Shown: positions 1-8,851 of the stretch, in pieces | How the letters are laid out: each line of letters starts with the position of its first letter | How positions within the stretch are numbered: the stretch's first letter is position 1 | NCBI GenBank assembly: GCA_030673005.1 | Contig: DAOVFI010000001.1 | Location: forward strand, 1-27,876 | Length of the DNA: 27,876 nucleotides | Direction of reading: 5' to 3' | Source of the DNA: Planctomycetales bacterium | GTDB lineage: Bacteria; Planctomycetota; Phycisphaerae; SM23-33 | The notes under the pieces: model-generated | Database searches by the model: none | Told to the model about the DNA's origin: nothing | Seen by the model: the letters and a program-made list of their open reading frames with translations, nothing else | Translations under genes and position numbers: made by a program

Positions 1-1110
1 TTCACCAAAATCACCGTGTCTATGGGCAGGCTGATAAAACTGAACTGGAAAGACAGGACACTGCAACTTGACCGCGGGAACTGGACGAAAGACTTCGAGG
101 GCAAGACCGAGGCCGAGGCCATTGAGATACTCACGCCGGAAATTATGAAGACGTATCCCCACGGGGGAAACCATGTTACCGGAGTGGCTGTGCATATATA
201 TCGTTCCCTTCCGTTCGAGAGTGCTTTCATAAGGCTGCGGATAGCGTCCGGGCGATGTGCCGGCGGCATAGCGAACAAAAGGCGCGACTACTTCAGAACA
301 ACACAGTTGAGAGGGAGTTTGGAATATACCAGGGCAGGTGCAATCAGGGTGATGTTGGAGGAAATCCACGCACCACGCAGGACGATAGTTTTCGGCGACG
401 AGGGTAATGGAACTCTTGCGATCGTTCTTTCCGGCGATGACGGTAAGTTTTCACTGGAGGTAAAGCAGGGCAAGGAAGGGCGCTTCAGCGTCAAACACGT
501 CTCCGGCGGCAAGGTTTTTACAGCCGATGAGAAATCCTTCAAAACCTTCTACGCCAGGCATCGCAGTTACGTCGAAGACAGGCTGTTTCCGCTCTTGAAG
601 CACTGGGGGATAGGCGTCCCGCTGACCCCTGACCGCGCCGAGGTGAAAAAGGCGACGCTGGCGAGGCTTCGTCGCAACAGGCCGACGGGCGAACAGACCG
701 CTCGCGGGGAAAAACTCATAAAGCAACTGAACGACAACTCGTACAAGAAGCGGCAGGAAGCCAGCAAGGCCCTGACTGCGGATTTCGAGAGTTATCGCGA
801 TCTTATCGCCCGGACGATACGGAATCCTTCCACGCCGGCGGAAACGGCCTCGCGGCTGAAGACAATCATCAAGGCGAAACCTAAACATAACCCGGTCGAG
901 AAATTTGTAATCGCTCAGGGGCTTGTTACGAATATCGATTATCTGATCCACCTGCTTTCCGAAGCGTCCGCTGCCAATCGTGTCGTTGTCGCCGGGGAAT
1001 TACAGCGCCTGACGAAGCAGAAATTCGGCTCCGACCCAGCCGAATGGAAAAAATGGCGGTCGAAAAAGCAGCCAGGTAAATCGACTACCAAAACTGGAAA
1101 ACTTAAATGA
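1..1110 (+). CDS. Hypothetical protein, 5'-truncated by the window edge, with C-terminal HEAT-like motifs; paralog of 1107-2396
   Basis: Frame is open from base 1 (FTKITVSMGRLIKLNWKD aligns with YFQKISDRIGGLLGLTWKG of the next gene). Contains LIKQLNDNSYKKRQEASKAL and LQRLTKQKFGSDPAEWKKW, which resemble planctomycete HEAT-like motifs. Confidence 0.8.
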   Translation, partial: FTKITVSMGRLIKLNWKDRTLQLDRGNWTKDFEGKTEAEAIEILTPEIMKTYPHGGNHVTGVAVHIYRSLPFESAFIRLRIASGRCAGGIANKRRDYFRTTQLRGSLEYTRAGAIRVMLEEIHAPRRTIVFGDEGNGTLAIVLSGDDGKFSLEVKQGKEGRFSVKHVSGGKVFTADEKSFKTFYARHRSYVEDRLFPLLKHWGIGVPLTPDRAEVKKATLARLRRNRPTGEQTARGEKLIKQLNDNSYKKRQEASKALTADFESYRDLIARTIRNPSTPAETASRLKTIIKAKPKHNPVEKFVIAQGLVTNIDYLIHLLSEASAANRVVVAGELQRLTKQKFGSDPAEWKKWRSKKQPGKSTTKTGKLK

Positions 1111-2396
1111 ACGGAATGTGGGTGAAAGATAAACGTTTCTTCACGTTGCCGGCTTTTGCGGCGATGGTTCTTTCGATATGTCTCGCAGCGGATGCCGATG
1201 CGGAGAAAAAACCGGCCACCGCGCCCACGACAGGGCAGGCGGAAATAAAACCTGTCGAGCCGGGGTTTGAGACGGGTTACTTCCAGAAGATTTCCGACCG
1301 CATCGGCGGGCTGCTGGGGCTTACATGGAAAGGCAAGACCCTCCGCCTGGACCGCGATAATTGGGGAAGGGACCTGAAAAGGAAAAGCCAGGCCGAAGTC
1401 CTTAAAATCCTGGAAGCCGATTTCAGAAGAAATAACCCGATGAAAGGGCGATGGGCGGTCCAAATGGCACAATCTATTCTCCGTCATCGAACGTCTCCGT
1501 CCTATATGGCCTTCCATAGGCTCCGAGCGGTGACAGGTCGGATGGAATCCGGCCGGACCGGCGGTATCTTGAACAGGAGATTCAACACGTTCAAGTCAGT
1601 AGAAATGACAGGGAGACTGGATATCTCCACTGAAGGCGAGTTCCGCGTTGTGCTTGGAGAACGCAAGGGGCCCGGCAGAAAGATAGAACTGCTCGACGAC
1701 GACAACAACGAAATAGAGGGTACTTTCGTGCTGATTCTTTCCGGCGGGAAGGGTAAGTTTTCTCTGGAGATCGGACAAAGCCACGATGGCAGTATTCACA
1801 TTAAGCATGTTTCCGGAAAGGACGTTTTCGATGCCAAAGCGTCCTGTTTCAAGGTATTTTACGCCCGGAACCGGCAATACGTGGATGATCGTCTGTGCCC
1901 GCTGCTGAAACATTGGGGAATATTACCGCCCATCACATCGTTCAGCCCTGAAGCCAAAAAAGAAGTCCTCAACAGGCTCCACAAGCCGCCGGGTGCCGGG
2001 AAGATCGCTCGCGGAAAAGAACTCATCGAACAACTGGACGACAATTTATTCAAAAAGCGGCAGGAAGCCACACGACTGTTGTCGAAAAACTTCGCCGACT
2101 ATCGAAAACTGATTCTCCAGGCGATGAAACAGGCCACAATTTCGCCCGAAGCGCGCTCCCGGCTGAAGATAATCATCAAGGAAAATGCCGATTACCAGCC
2201 CAACCCGATCGATGACTTCGTAACCGACCAAGGCCTTGTATCGGACGTCGATTATCTGGTAGGTTTAATCGGCAAAGTCCCTGTCGCCGACCGCGCAGTC
2301 GTCGCCAGGGCGCTACAGCGCCTGACGAAACAGAAATTCGGACCCGACCCGGATGCCTGGCGTAAATGGTGGTCGCAGAAGCAGGCTACCAAATAA
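1107..2396 (+). CDS. Hypothetical exported protein with C-terminal HEAT-like motifs
   Basis: 429-aa ORF with an ATGA overlap with the upstream paralog. N-terminus looks like a Sec signal peptide (KDKR-FFTLPAFAAMVLSICLA-ADA). Contains LIEQLDDNLFKKRQEATRLL and ALQRLTKQKFGPDPDAWRKWW. Confidence 0.85.
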   Translation: MNGMWVKDKRFFTLPAFAAMVLSICLAADADAEKKPATAPTTGQAEIKPVEPGFETGYFQKISDRIGGLLGLTWKGKTLRLDRDNWGRDLKRKSQAEVLKILEADFRRNNPMKGRWAVQMAQSILRHRTSPSYMAFHRLRAVTGRMESGRTGGILNRRFNTFKSVEMTGRLDISTEGEFRVVLGERKGPGRKIELLDDDNNEIEGTFVLILSGGKGKFSLEIGQSHDGSIHIKHVSGKDVFDAKASCFKVFYARNRQYVDDRLCPLLKHWGILPPITSFSPEAKKEVLNRLHKPPGAGKIARGKELIEQLDDNLFKKRQEATRLLSKNFADYRKLILQAMKQATISPEARSRLKIIIKENADYQPNPIDDFVTDQGLVSDVDYLVGLIGKVPVADRAVVARALQRLTKQKFGPDPDAWRKWWSQKQATK

Positions 2397-2457
2397 TCCA
2401 CTACAAAACCGAGGTAAGTTCACCAAAGGAATAATAGACTGTAACAGCATAATCCCC

Positions 2458-2568
2458 GGGTGGCACGGTCAAGCCGGAGCGAAGCGCAGGCTTGGCCGTG
2501 ATGACGCCGGACCACGGCCAAGCGAGATTGAGGCCTAACAGCCTCAACCTCACTTGACCGTGCCACCC
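2458..2568. repeat. Multi-hairpin REP/MITE-like element with a perfect 16-bp terminal inverted repeat
   Basis: GGGTGGCACGGTCAAG (2458-2473) pairs with CTTGACCGTGCCACCC (2553-2568). Inner stems: 2490-2500/2513-2523 (11 bp) and 2528-2534/2541-2547 (7 bp). Confidence 0.8.
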
Positions 2569-2627
2569 ACCCATCAAATTGTGTATTATAGAGCATCAAA
2601 ACATTTCGGAATATCAGGAGTATTTAC

Positions 2628-4490
2628 ATGCGAAGCGACATTGTCAAAAAAGGCGCTGAGCGCAGCCCGCACCGGTCGCTGATGAAGGCAGCCGGTCTGA
2701 CCGACGCCGACATCCGCAGGCCGTTTATCGCTGTCTGCAACTCCTACACGGACGTTGTCCCCGGCCACACGCACCTCGACGCGGTGGCCCGTTTCGTCAA
2801 GGAACGTATCCGCGCCGCCGGCGCTACGCCGCTGATATTCAACACAATCGGCATCTGCGACGGCATCGCGATGGGCCATACCGGCATGAAATACTCGCTC
2901 GCCAGCAGGGAGCTCATCGCCGACTGCGTCGAGAGCATGTGCCGGGCGCACTGCTTCGACGCGATGATCTGCATCACCAACTGCGATAAGATCGTCCCGG
3001 GCATGTTCATGGGCGCGCTGCGAGTGAACATCCCGACGATCTTCGTGAGCGGCGGACCGATGGAGGCCGGACGAATCGACGGGCGAGACGTGGACCTGAT
3101 AGACCAGTTCTACGCCGTCGCGCAGCGGCAGATCGGAAAGATGACGCCCTGGAAGGTCAAACAGTACGAAAACAGCACCTGCCCGACCTGCGGCTCGTGC
3201 AGCGGGATGTTCACCGCAAACAGTATGAACTGCCTGTCCGAGGCCGTCGGGATGGCGCTGCCGGGAAACGGTACCATCCTGGCGACCAGCCCGGCGAGAA
3301 TCCCGCTTTACGCTATGGCCGCCGAGCGGATCGTCAAGATGGCCAAAAGTTGGATCCGCCACGGCTGCGAAGAATCGCATCCCATGCTGCCGAAGAATAT
3401 TATGACAAAGGACGCCTTCGCAAACGCGATGACGCTGGACATGGCGATGGGCGGCTCGACCAATACGGTTCTGCACATCCTCGCGATGGCGAACGAGGCC
3501 GGCGTAAAATTCACGCTGGACGACATCGCCCGGATATCGAAGCGCACGCCCAATATCTGCCGCGTGGCGCCCTCGTCCACGCCGGAAGGCAAAATCTATC
3601 ACATGCAGGACGTCCATCGCGCCGGCGGGATCCACACCATCCTCGGACAGATCGCCGTCGATAAACCCGCACTGCTGAAGGCCGATTGCATGACCGTTAC
3701 CGGCGGGACGATCGGGCGGAATATCGCAAACTGGTCGCTTCGAAGCAAGAGGCCTTACCCCGAAGCGAGAAAGATGTACCGTGAAGGCTGGAAGGCGACC
3801 GGAAGGAGCGTCCGGGCAGTCAAGGCCATGCTCGGCGGCGAAAAACCGGAAAAACTGCCCGTCATCAATGACGGTCCCTTCGACGCAGCCGACATGATTC
3901 GCCCGGTTGAGCGGGCGTTCACGAAAAAAGGCGGGCTGGTCGTGCTTTACGGCAACATCGCCACGGGCGGCGGCATAGTCAAACTCGCCGGCGTCGATCC
4001 GAAGATGTACCGACACAGCGGACCGGCGAGGATATTCGAGAGCCAGGAAGACGCCTGCGAAGGGATTCTCGGCGGTAAGGTTAAGCCCGGCGACGTAGTC
4101 GTCATCCGCAACGAGGGTCCCCGCGGCGGCCCGGGAATGCAGGAGATGCTCGCGCCGACCAGTTACATCAAAGGCATGGGGCTTGGCGATGTCTGCGCGC
4201 TGATTACCGACGGGCGTTTCAGCGGCGGCACTGCCGGTGCGTGCATCGGGCACGTCAGTCCCGAGGCCGCCGGCGGCGGCGAGATCGGACTGCTGAAAAA
4301 CGGCGACATAATCGAAATCGACATCCCCGCCGGCAAACTGAACGCCAAGGTAGCCAAGGCCGAGTTCGCCCGGCGACGAAAACGCTATAAACCCCGCCGG
4401 CCGAAAATCACCTCCGGCGCCCTGGGCCGATACGCCGCACACGCAACCTCCGCCGATACCGGAGCAGTACTCGACTGGCCGGGAAAATAA
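2628..4490 (+). CDS. ilvD: Dihydroxy-acid dehydratase
   Basis: 620 aa with motifs CDGIAMGH, NCDKIVPG, CPTCGSCSGMFTANSMNCL, GGSTNTVLH, EGPRGGPGMQEM and TDGRFSGGT. AGGAG ribosome-binding site at 2616-2620. Confidence 0.97.
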   Translation: MRSDIVKKGAERSPHRSLMKAAGLTDADIRRPFIAVCNSYTDVVPGHTHLDAVARFVKERIRAAGATPLIFNTIGICDGIAMGHTGMKYSLASRELIADCVESMCRAHCFDAMICITNCDKIVPGMFMGALRVNIPTIFVSGGPMEAGRIDGRDVDLIDQFYAVAQRQIGKMTPWKVKQYENSTCPTCGSCSGMFTANSMNCLSEAVGMALPGNGTILATSPARIPLYAMAAERIVKMAKSWIRHGCEESHPMLPKNIMTKDAFANAMTLDMAMGGSTNTVLHILAMANEAGVKFTLDDIARISKRTPNICRVAPSSTPEGKIYHMQDVHRAGGIHTILGQIAVDKPALLKADCMTVTGGTIGRNIANWSLRSKRPYPEARKMYREGWKATGRSVRAVKAMLGGEKPEKLPVINDGPFDAADMIRPVERAFTKKGGLVVLYGNIATGGGIVKLAGVDPKMYRHSGPARIFESQEDACEGILGGKVKPGDVVVIRNEGPRGGPGMQEMLAPTSYIKGMGLGDVCALITDGRFSGGTAGACIGHVSPEAAGGGEIGLLKNGDIIEIDIPAGKLNAKVAKAEFARRRKRYKPRRPKITSGALGRYAAHATSADTGAVLDWPGK

Positions 4491-4578
4491 GCCGCAGAGG
4501 CCTCCGTTTTCGCTCCCTGTGGCCGGGCGAAATCCCACGATCTCGCCGACGATGAAGCAACAGCAAAGAGGTGATAAT

Positions 4579-5058
4579 ATGAACGACATCCTTATTATCT
4601 ACTACTCCCGGACGGGCAAGACGCGGATGGTGGCCGAAAAACTCGCCGGACTGCTGGGGGCGGACATCGAGGAGATCCGGGAGGAAAAATCCCGCGCCGG
4701 CCGGCTTGCCTGGTTCGTCGGCATCAAGGACAGCCTGCTCGACAAACCCGCCGAGATAACCAGCGAACACTCCGTCGGGTCGAGAAAGGTGTTGGTTATC
4801 GGTATGCCGGTATGGGCGTCATCGCCCCCGCCGGCAGTCAGGACGTTCATACAAACCTGCGACCTTGCCGGCAAAACCGTCTATGCGTTCTGCACACACG
4901 ACGGCGGCGGGGGCAAGGGCGCCTTCGCAAAAACGGCCGAACTGGTCGGCGGCGAACTGGCCTCGACACTTGCGCTGAAAAAGCCCAAACCCGACGACCC
5001 GGAACTGGACGAAAAACTCCGGCAGTGGGCCGACGAAATCAAGACCGCTTGCGAGTAA
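4579..5058 (+). CDS. Flavodoxin-like protein
   Basis: YYSRTGKT FMN phosphate-binding loop, GMPVWAS and AFCTHDGGG motifs. GAGGTG RBS at 4568-4573 supports ATG 4579 over the ORF-track start. Confidence 0.88.
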   Translation: MNDILIIYYSRTGKTRMVAEKLAGLLGADIEEIREEKSRAGRLAWFVGIKDSLLDKPAEITSEHSVGSRKVLVIGMPVWASSPPPAVRTFIQTCDLAGKTVYAFCTHDGGGGKGAFAKTAELVGGELASTLALKKPKPDDPELDEKLRQWADEIKTACE

Positions 5059-5061
5059 TAT

Positions 5062-5174
5062 CTCAGACTGACCGGTTTCGTAGCACGGGCGTCTCGCCCG
5101 TGCCACGTCCTGACGTAACATCTTCTTGTAACAGGACTTACTGGAATTTGACCGGCAGAATCGGTCAGTTTGAG
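5062..5174. repeat. Inverted-repeat element enclosing a GTAG-type REP; possible bidirectional terminator between convergent genes
   Basis: CTCAGACTGACCG (5062-5074) pairs with CGGTCAGTTTGAG (5162-5174) with one G:T. Internal GTAG-CACGGGCG-TCT-CGCCCGTG at 5080-5102. Confidence 0.7.
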
Positions 5175-5193
5175 TAAATAATAGCAACGACTG

Positions 5194-5613
5194 CTACAAG
5201 AGTTCTTTTCGGATGGCTTCTGCGAGTTGTTCGATCCGGCCTTGCGGGTATGTCCCCGCCGGCCAGTTGAAGTGAAACTTATCGCCGCTGTTTCGCGGGA
5301 TGACGTGGAAATGCACGTGCGGGACGACCTGGTGTGCGACGGAACCGTTGTTCTGGAGGATATTGTAACCCTCGCATCCGAGTGCGGACCGGACGGCCCG
5401 TCCCAGCGCCGGCAGATGCCGCAGGACGGCTGCGGCTACGTCGGCGGGCATCTCATCGACGGTAACGTAATGCCCCTTCGGTATCAGCAGCGTATGTCCG
5501 TCGGCCAGTGGACCTGTGTCAAGAAAGGCAATGGATGAATCGTCTTCGAGAATTTTTACGCAGGGGATTTCGCCGGCGGCAATCTTGCAGAAAATGCAGT
5601 CGGAATCCTTCAT
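5194..5613 (-). CDS. HIT (histidine triad) family nucleotide-binding hydrolase
   Basis: DCIFCKI N-terminus, GHTLLIPK, and the HVHFHVIP triad. GGAG RBS at 5621-5624 supports ATG 5613. Confidence 0.93.
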   Translation of the reverse strand: MKDSDCIFCKIAAGEIPCVKILEDDSSIAFLDTGPLADGHTLLIPKGHYVTVDEMPADVAAAVLRHLPALGRAVRSALGCEGYNILQNNGSVAHQVVPHVHFHVIPRNSGDKFHFNWPAGTYPQGRIEQLAEAIRKELL

Positions 5614-5637
5614 GTCGGGTCTCCGGAATTGCCTAAT

Positions 5638-5719
5638 GGGCGCCGTGGCCACTGTGTTTGCGGCCACGTTTGCGTCAAGTTGCTTTATCGTGGTCGCAAA
5701 CACAGCGACCACGGCACCC
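5638..5719. repeat. Inverted REP doublet (REPIN-like)
   Basis: Two 31-bp palindromic units (5638-5668 and 5689-5719) in inverted orientation, 27/31 identical, with a 20-nt spacer. Confidence 0.8.
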
Positions 5720-5736
5720 GGCGCACGGGTGGAGGT

Positions 5737-6204
5737 TTATTTTTTCTTCTTTTTCTTCTTCTTTCCGGCGGCCTTTTCGTCGTGTTCGCCGGGTGACTGC
5801 TCGACCAATTGCAGCAGGACCTGCTTTCCGGCGTCGCCGATTCGACGCTCGGGCAGGTGGATGATGCGCGTGTATCCGCCTGGCCGGTCGGCGTAGCGCG
5901 GGGCGATCTCGTCGAAAAGTTTGCCCACGACGGTATTCTCTTCCGGCTGGTACTTCCTGGTTGTCGAATCGTATGTGTACATGTCGCGGTTCTGCAACAT
6001 GCTGATTACCCGGCGGCGCGCATGGAGAGTGCCTGTCCGGGCGATGGTAATCAAGCGCTCGACGAACGGACGCACTTCCTTTGCCTTGGCGACGGTGGTT
6101 CTGACGGCGCCGTGCTGAATGAGCGAAGCGGCGAGATTCCGCCGCATCGCCTTGCGATGCGCAGTCGTACGAGACAGTTGTTTTCCAGCAACGCGGTGAC
6201 GCAT
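5737..6204 (-). CDS. rplQ: 50S ribosomal protein L17
   Basis: MRHRVAGKQLSRTTAHRKAM, TTVAKAKE and RPGGYTRII motifs; follows rpoA. Start reassigned to ATG 6204. Confidence 0.97.
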   Translation of the reverse strand: MRHRVAGKQLSRTTAHRKAMRRNLAASLIQHGAVRTTVAKAKEVRPFVERLITIARTGTLHARRRVISMLQNRDMYTYDSTTRKYQPEENTVVGKLFDEIAPRYADRPGGYTRIIHLPERRIGDAGKQVLLQLVEQSPGEHDEKAAGKKKKKKKK

Positions 6205-6270
6205 GATTGTCCTTTTAGCGCCGGCCCTTTTCGTTGACACCCGCCCCACCACACCGGCGGGGCAAAAAAG

Positions 6271-7290
6271 TTATTCGGCGGCTACTTCCTCCTGTTCCTG
6301 TTCGGCTGACGATTCGACTTCCATACCGAGGCTCATACCCATGTCCGTCAGTTTTCGCTTGACCTCGCGGAGCGACGTCTTTCCGAATGAGTGGATTTTC
6401 AGCAGGTCGGCTTCGGTCTTGATTACCAGATCTCTGACGGTGCGGATCTTGGCGGCGTCCAGGCAGTTGTTGGACCTGACCGACAGTTCCAGTTCGTGAA
6501 TACTCATATTGAGTTTTTTCTGGAGTTCCACGTCCACTTCCGTCTCGGCGGCTGTTGTGCTGTCGATGACCGTCTCGCCCACTTCGAAGTACTGCACGAA
6601 CGGGTTGAGGTGCTTTCGCGTGATCTTGGCGGCCTCGACCATCGCCATCTCCGGCGTGACGGTCCCGTTGGTCCAGATTTCCAAAATCAGCCGGTCGTAG
6701 TTTGTTCGCTGCCCGACGCGGGTGTCTTCGGTTGTGTAGCGGACTCTGGTAACCGGCGAGAAGGCCGCGTCAACGTGAATCCGCCCGATCTCCTGGTCTT
6801 CTTCGGGATCGATCATTTCCTCAGCCGGGACGAACCCGCGCCCCGTCTGGATGACCATCTCCATATCGAATTCGACGTTGTCGGTCAGCGTCGCCAGCAC
6901 CAGATCGCGATTGACGATCTCCACTGCCGGATCCGCCTCGATCATGTCGGCGGTAACAGGTCCGGCGACGGCGCCGTGAACCTTCAGGACCTTCGGCTTC
7001 GACGAGTGCGACTTGACGATCAGGCTCTTGACGTTCAGTATGATGTCGGTAACGTCTTCCAGCACGCCCTTAATCGAGGCGAATTCATGCTCGACGCCGG
7101 CGATCATCACGCTCGTAACGGCCGCTCCTTCAAGTGAAGACAGCAGGATCCTCCGGAGAGAATTTCCCACAGTCGTACCGAAGCCCCTTTCAAACGGTTC
7201 GATAACGAACCGCCCGTAAGTGGGTGTAGAGACTTCCTGATCAGAGACAACCCGTGTTGGTAATTCCAGGCCTCGCCATCGTGCTCGCAT
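6271..7290 (-). CDS. rpoA: RNA polymerase alpha subunit
   Basis: EPFERGFGTTVGNSLRRILLSS, RVGQRTNYDRL, LELSVRSNNCL and FGKTSLRE motifs. GGAGG RBS 9 nt upstream of ATG 7290; MRARWRGLELP resembles planctomycete RpoA starts. Confidence 0.97.
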   Translation of the reverse strand: MRARWRGLELPTRVVSDQEVSTPTYGRFVIEPFERGFGTTVGNSLRRILLSSLEGAAVTSVMIAGVEHEFASIKGVLEDVTDIILNVKSLIVKSHSSKPKVLKVHGAVAGPVTADMIEADPAVEIVNRDLVLATLTDNVEFDMEMVIQTGRGFVPAEEMIDPEEDQEIGRIHVDAAFSPVTRVRYTTEDTRVGQRTNYDRLILEIWTNGTVTPEMAMVEAAKITRKHLNPFVQYFEVGETVIDSTTAAETEVDVELQKKLNMSIHELELSVRSNNCLDAAKIRTVRDLVIKTEADLLKIHSFGKTSLREVKRKLTDMGMSLGMEVESSAEQEQEEVAAE

Positions 7291-7344
7291 CGACTTTGGC
7301 CTCCGCAATTATGTTTAATTAACGCGCCGGTCCGTACCGGCAGT

Positions 7345-7977
7345 TTATCTGCTGCACAACTCGACTATCAGGTTTTCTTCCACTGGGATCAACACGTCGT
7401 CGCGGCTGGGCATTGCAAGGATGACCCCTTCCATTTTTGCCGCGTCCAGGCTCAACCAGTTCTGCACGTGCGGCTCGCCGAGTTCCTCTAGTTGCTGTTT
7501 GATTAACTTTTTAGACTTATCGGACGGCTTGACGGTAATTTTATTTCCGGCCTTCATCAGCGCCGACGCCACGCTCACCTTCCTGCCGTTGACGTACACA
7601 TGCCCGTGTGTAACGGCCTGCCTCGCCGACGCTCGCGACGGCGCAAAGCCCAGTTTGAAAACTACGTTGTCCAGGCGGCGCTCCAGCAGGCTCAACAGGG
7701 CTGCGCCGGTGTTGGCCTTCTGCCTTTCGGCCATCTTGAAATACCGCATGAACTGCTTCTCATAGACGCCGTAGTACCGCTTGACTTTCTGCTTTTCACG
7801 CAGGCGGATGCCGTATTCGCTGCTGCGCCTTCTGCGCCAACTGTGCGCACCGGGCGGGAAATTCCGCCACTGGCGCTCCAGCGGGCACTTGGCTGTCTCG
7901 CACCGCGCGCCCTTGAGCATCAGTTTAATGCCTTCGCGCCGGCAAAGCCTGCAGGATGGTCCTGTATTACGACCCAT
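7345..7977 (-). CDS. rpsD: 30S ribosomal protein S4 (cysteine-containing, Zn-binding form)
   Basis: CRLCRREG...RCETAKC, SEYGIRLREKQK and LERRLDNVV motifs. Confidence 0.97.
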   Translation of the reverse strand: MGRNTGPSCRLCRREGIKLMLKGARCETAKCPLERQWRNFPPGAHSWRRRRSSEYGIRLREKQKVKRYYGVYEKQFMRYFKMAERQKANTGAALLSLLERRLDNVVFKLGFAPSRASARQAVTHGHVYVNGRKVSVASALMKAGNKITVKPSDKSKKLIKQQLEELGEPHVQNWLSLDAAKMEGVILAMPSRDDVLIPVEENLIVELCSR

Positions 7978-8014
7978 CTTCGCCGCTCAACTCCTTCCTG
8001 GTAAAAACACTTAT

Positions 8015-8050
8015 TAATCGGTAATCAGTAATCGGTATTCCGGTATCCGG
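8015..8050. repeat. Degenerate heptamer tandem repeat (TAATCGG-like, 5 units)
   Basis: taatcgg taatcag taatcgg tattccgg tatccgg in the rpsK-rpsD gap. Confidence 0.7.
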
Positions 8051-8055
8051 TATTT

Positions 8056-8433
8056 TTACACTCTTCGTTTCTTTCTCGGTCGGCAGCCGTTGTGCGGGAC
8101 GGGTGTAACGTCCTCGATTGTCGAAATTCGCAATCCTGCACTTTGCAGCGCGGTTACGGCGCCTTCCCTGCCCGATCCCGGTCCGTTGACACGCACTTCG
8201 ACTTCCGTAACGCCCATTTTCTTTGCCCGGTATGCAGCGTTTTCCGACGCCCGCTGCGCGGCGAACGGCGTGCTCTTTCGAGCGCCCTTGAATCCGACGT
8301 TACCGGCCGACGACGAGCAAAGCACGTTGCCGTTCGAGTCGGTAATCGTTATCAGTGTATTGTTGAACGTCGCCTTGACGTGCACAATCGCCTTGGCGCC
8401 GGTCCGTTTGGCTTTTTTCCGCGGAGCGGCCAT
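8056..8433 (-). CDS. rpsK: 30S ribosomal protein S11
   Basis: [27 protein letters not shown] and [12 protein letters not shown] motifs. Confidence 0.98.
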   Translation of the reverse strand: MAAPRKKAKRTGAKAIVHVKATFNNTLITITDSNGNVLCSSSAGNVGFKGARKSTPFAAQRASENAAYRAKKMGVTEVEVRVNGPGSGREGAVTALQSAGLRISTIEDVTPVPHNGCRPRKKRRV

Positions 8434-8434
8434 A

Positions 8435-8818
8435 TTATCTCATCTCCTTGACGGACTTCTTTCCTGCAACGGTTTTGCGCGGACCTTTGCGGGTTCTCGC
8501 GTTCGTCTTGGTCCGCTGCCCTCGCACCGGCAGGCCGCGACGGTGACGCAGCCCGCGATAACACTTTATATCACGCAGGCGGGCGATGTGCTGCTGAGTC
8601 TGCCGGCGCAACTGACCCTCGATGACAAAGTCAGCCTCAAGGATCGTAGCGATCTTGCTGAGTTGATCTTCGGTCAGGTCGCCGGCCTTGGTCTGCGGGT
8701 CAAACTCCGCCTTCCGGCAGATGTCCATCGCCAGTTTAGGCCCAATACCGTATATATACCGCAGCGCAATAAATGACGGCTTGTCGTTGGGTACGTCGAT
8801 ACCAACAATTCGCGGCAT
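8435..8818 (-). CDS. rpsM: 30S ribosomal protein S13
   Basis: [16 protein letters not shown] and [26 protein letters not shown] motifs. Confidence 0.98.
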   Translation of the reverse strand: MPRIVGIDVPNDKPSFIALRYIYGIGPKLAMDICRKAEFDPQTKAGDLTEDQLSKIATILEADFVIEGQLRRQTQQHIARLRDIKCYRGLRHRRGLPVRGQRTKTNARTRKGPRKTVAGKKSVKEMR

Positions 8819-8851
8819 CTTTTTCTCCCTGTGGCCGAGACGCCTCGACCT

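Noticed and set aside
2554-2589. ilvD promoter using TTGACC from the repeat arm and TATTAT
   Set aside because: The spacing is 24 nt, incompatible with a sigma70 promoter.
2586-4589. 667-aa ORF on the minus strand
   Set aside because: It is the antisense shadow of ilvD, has no recognisable motifs, and long antisense ORFs are expected opposite GC3-biased genes.
6243-6269. Hairpin plus A/T run between rpoA and rplQ as an intrinsic terminator
   Set aside because: On the transcribed strand the U-run precedes the hairpin, and on the plus strand the hairpin is followed by A's. Neither orientation fits a terminator.
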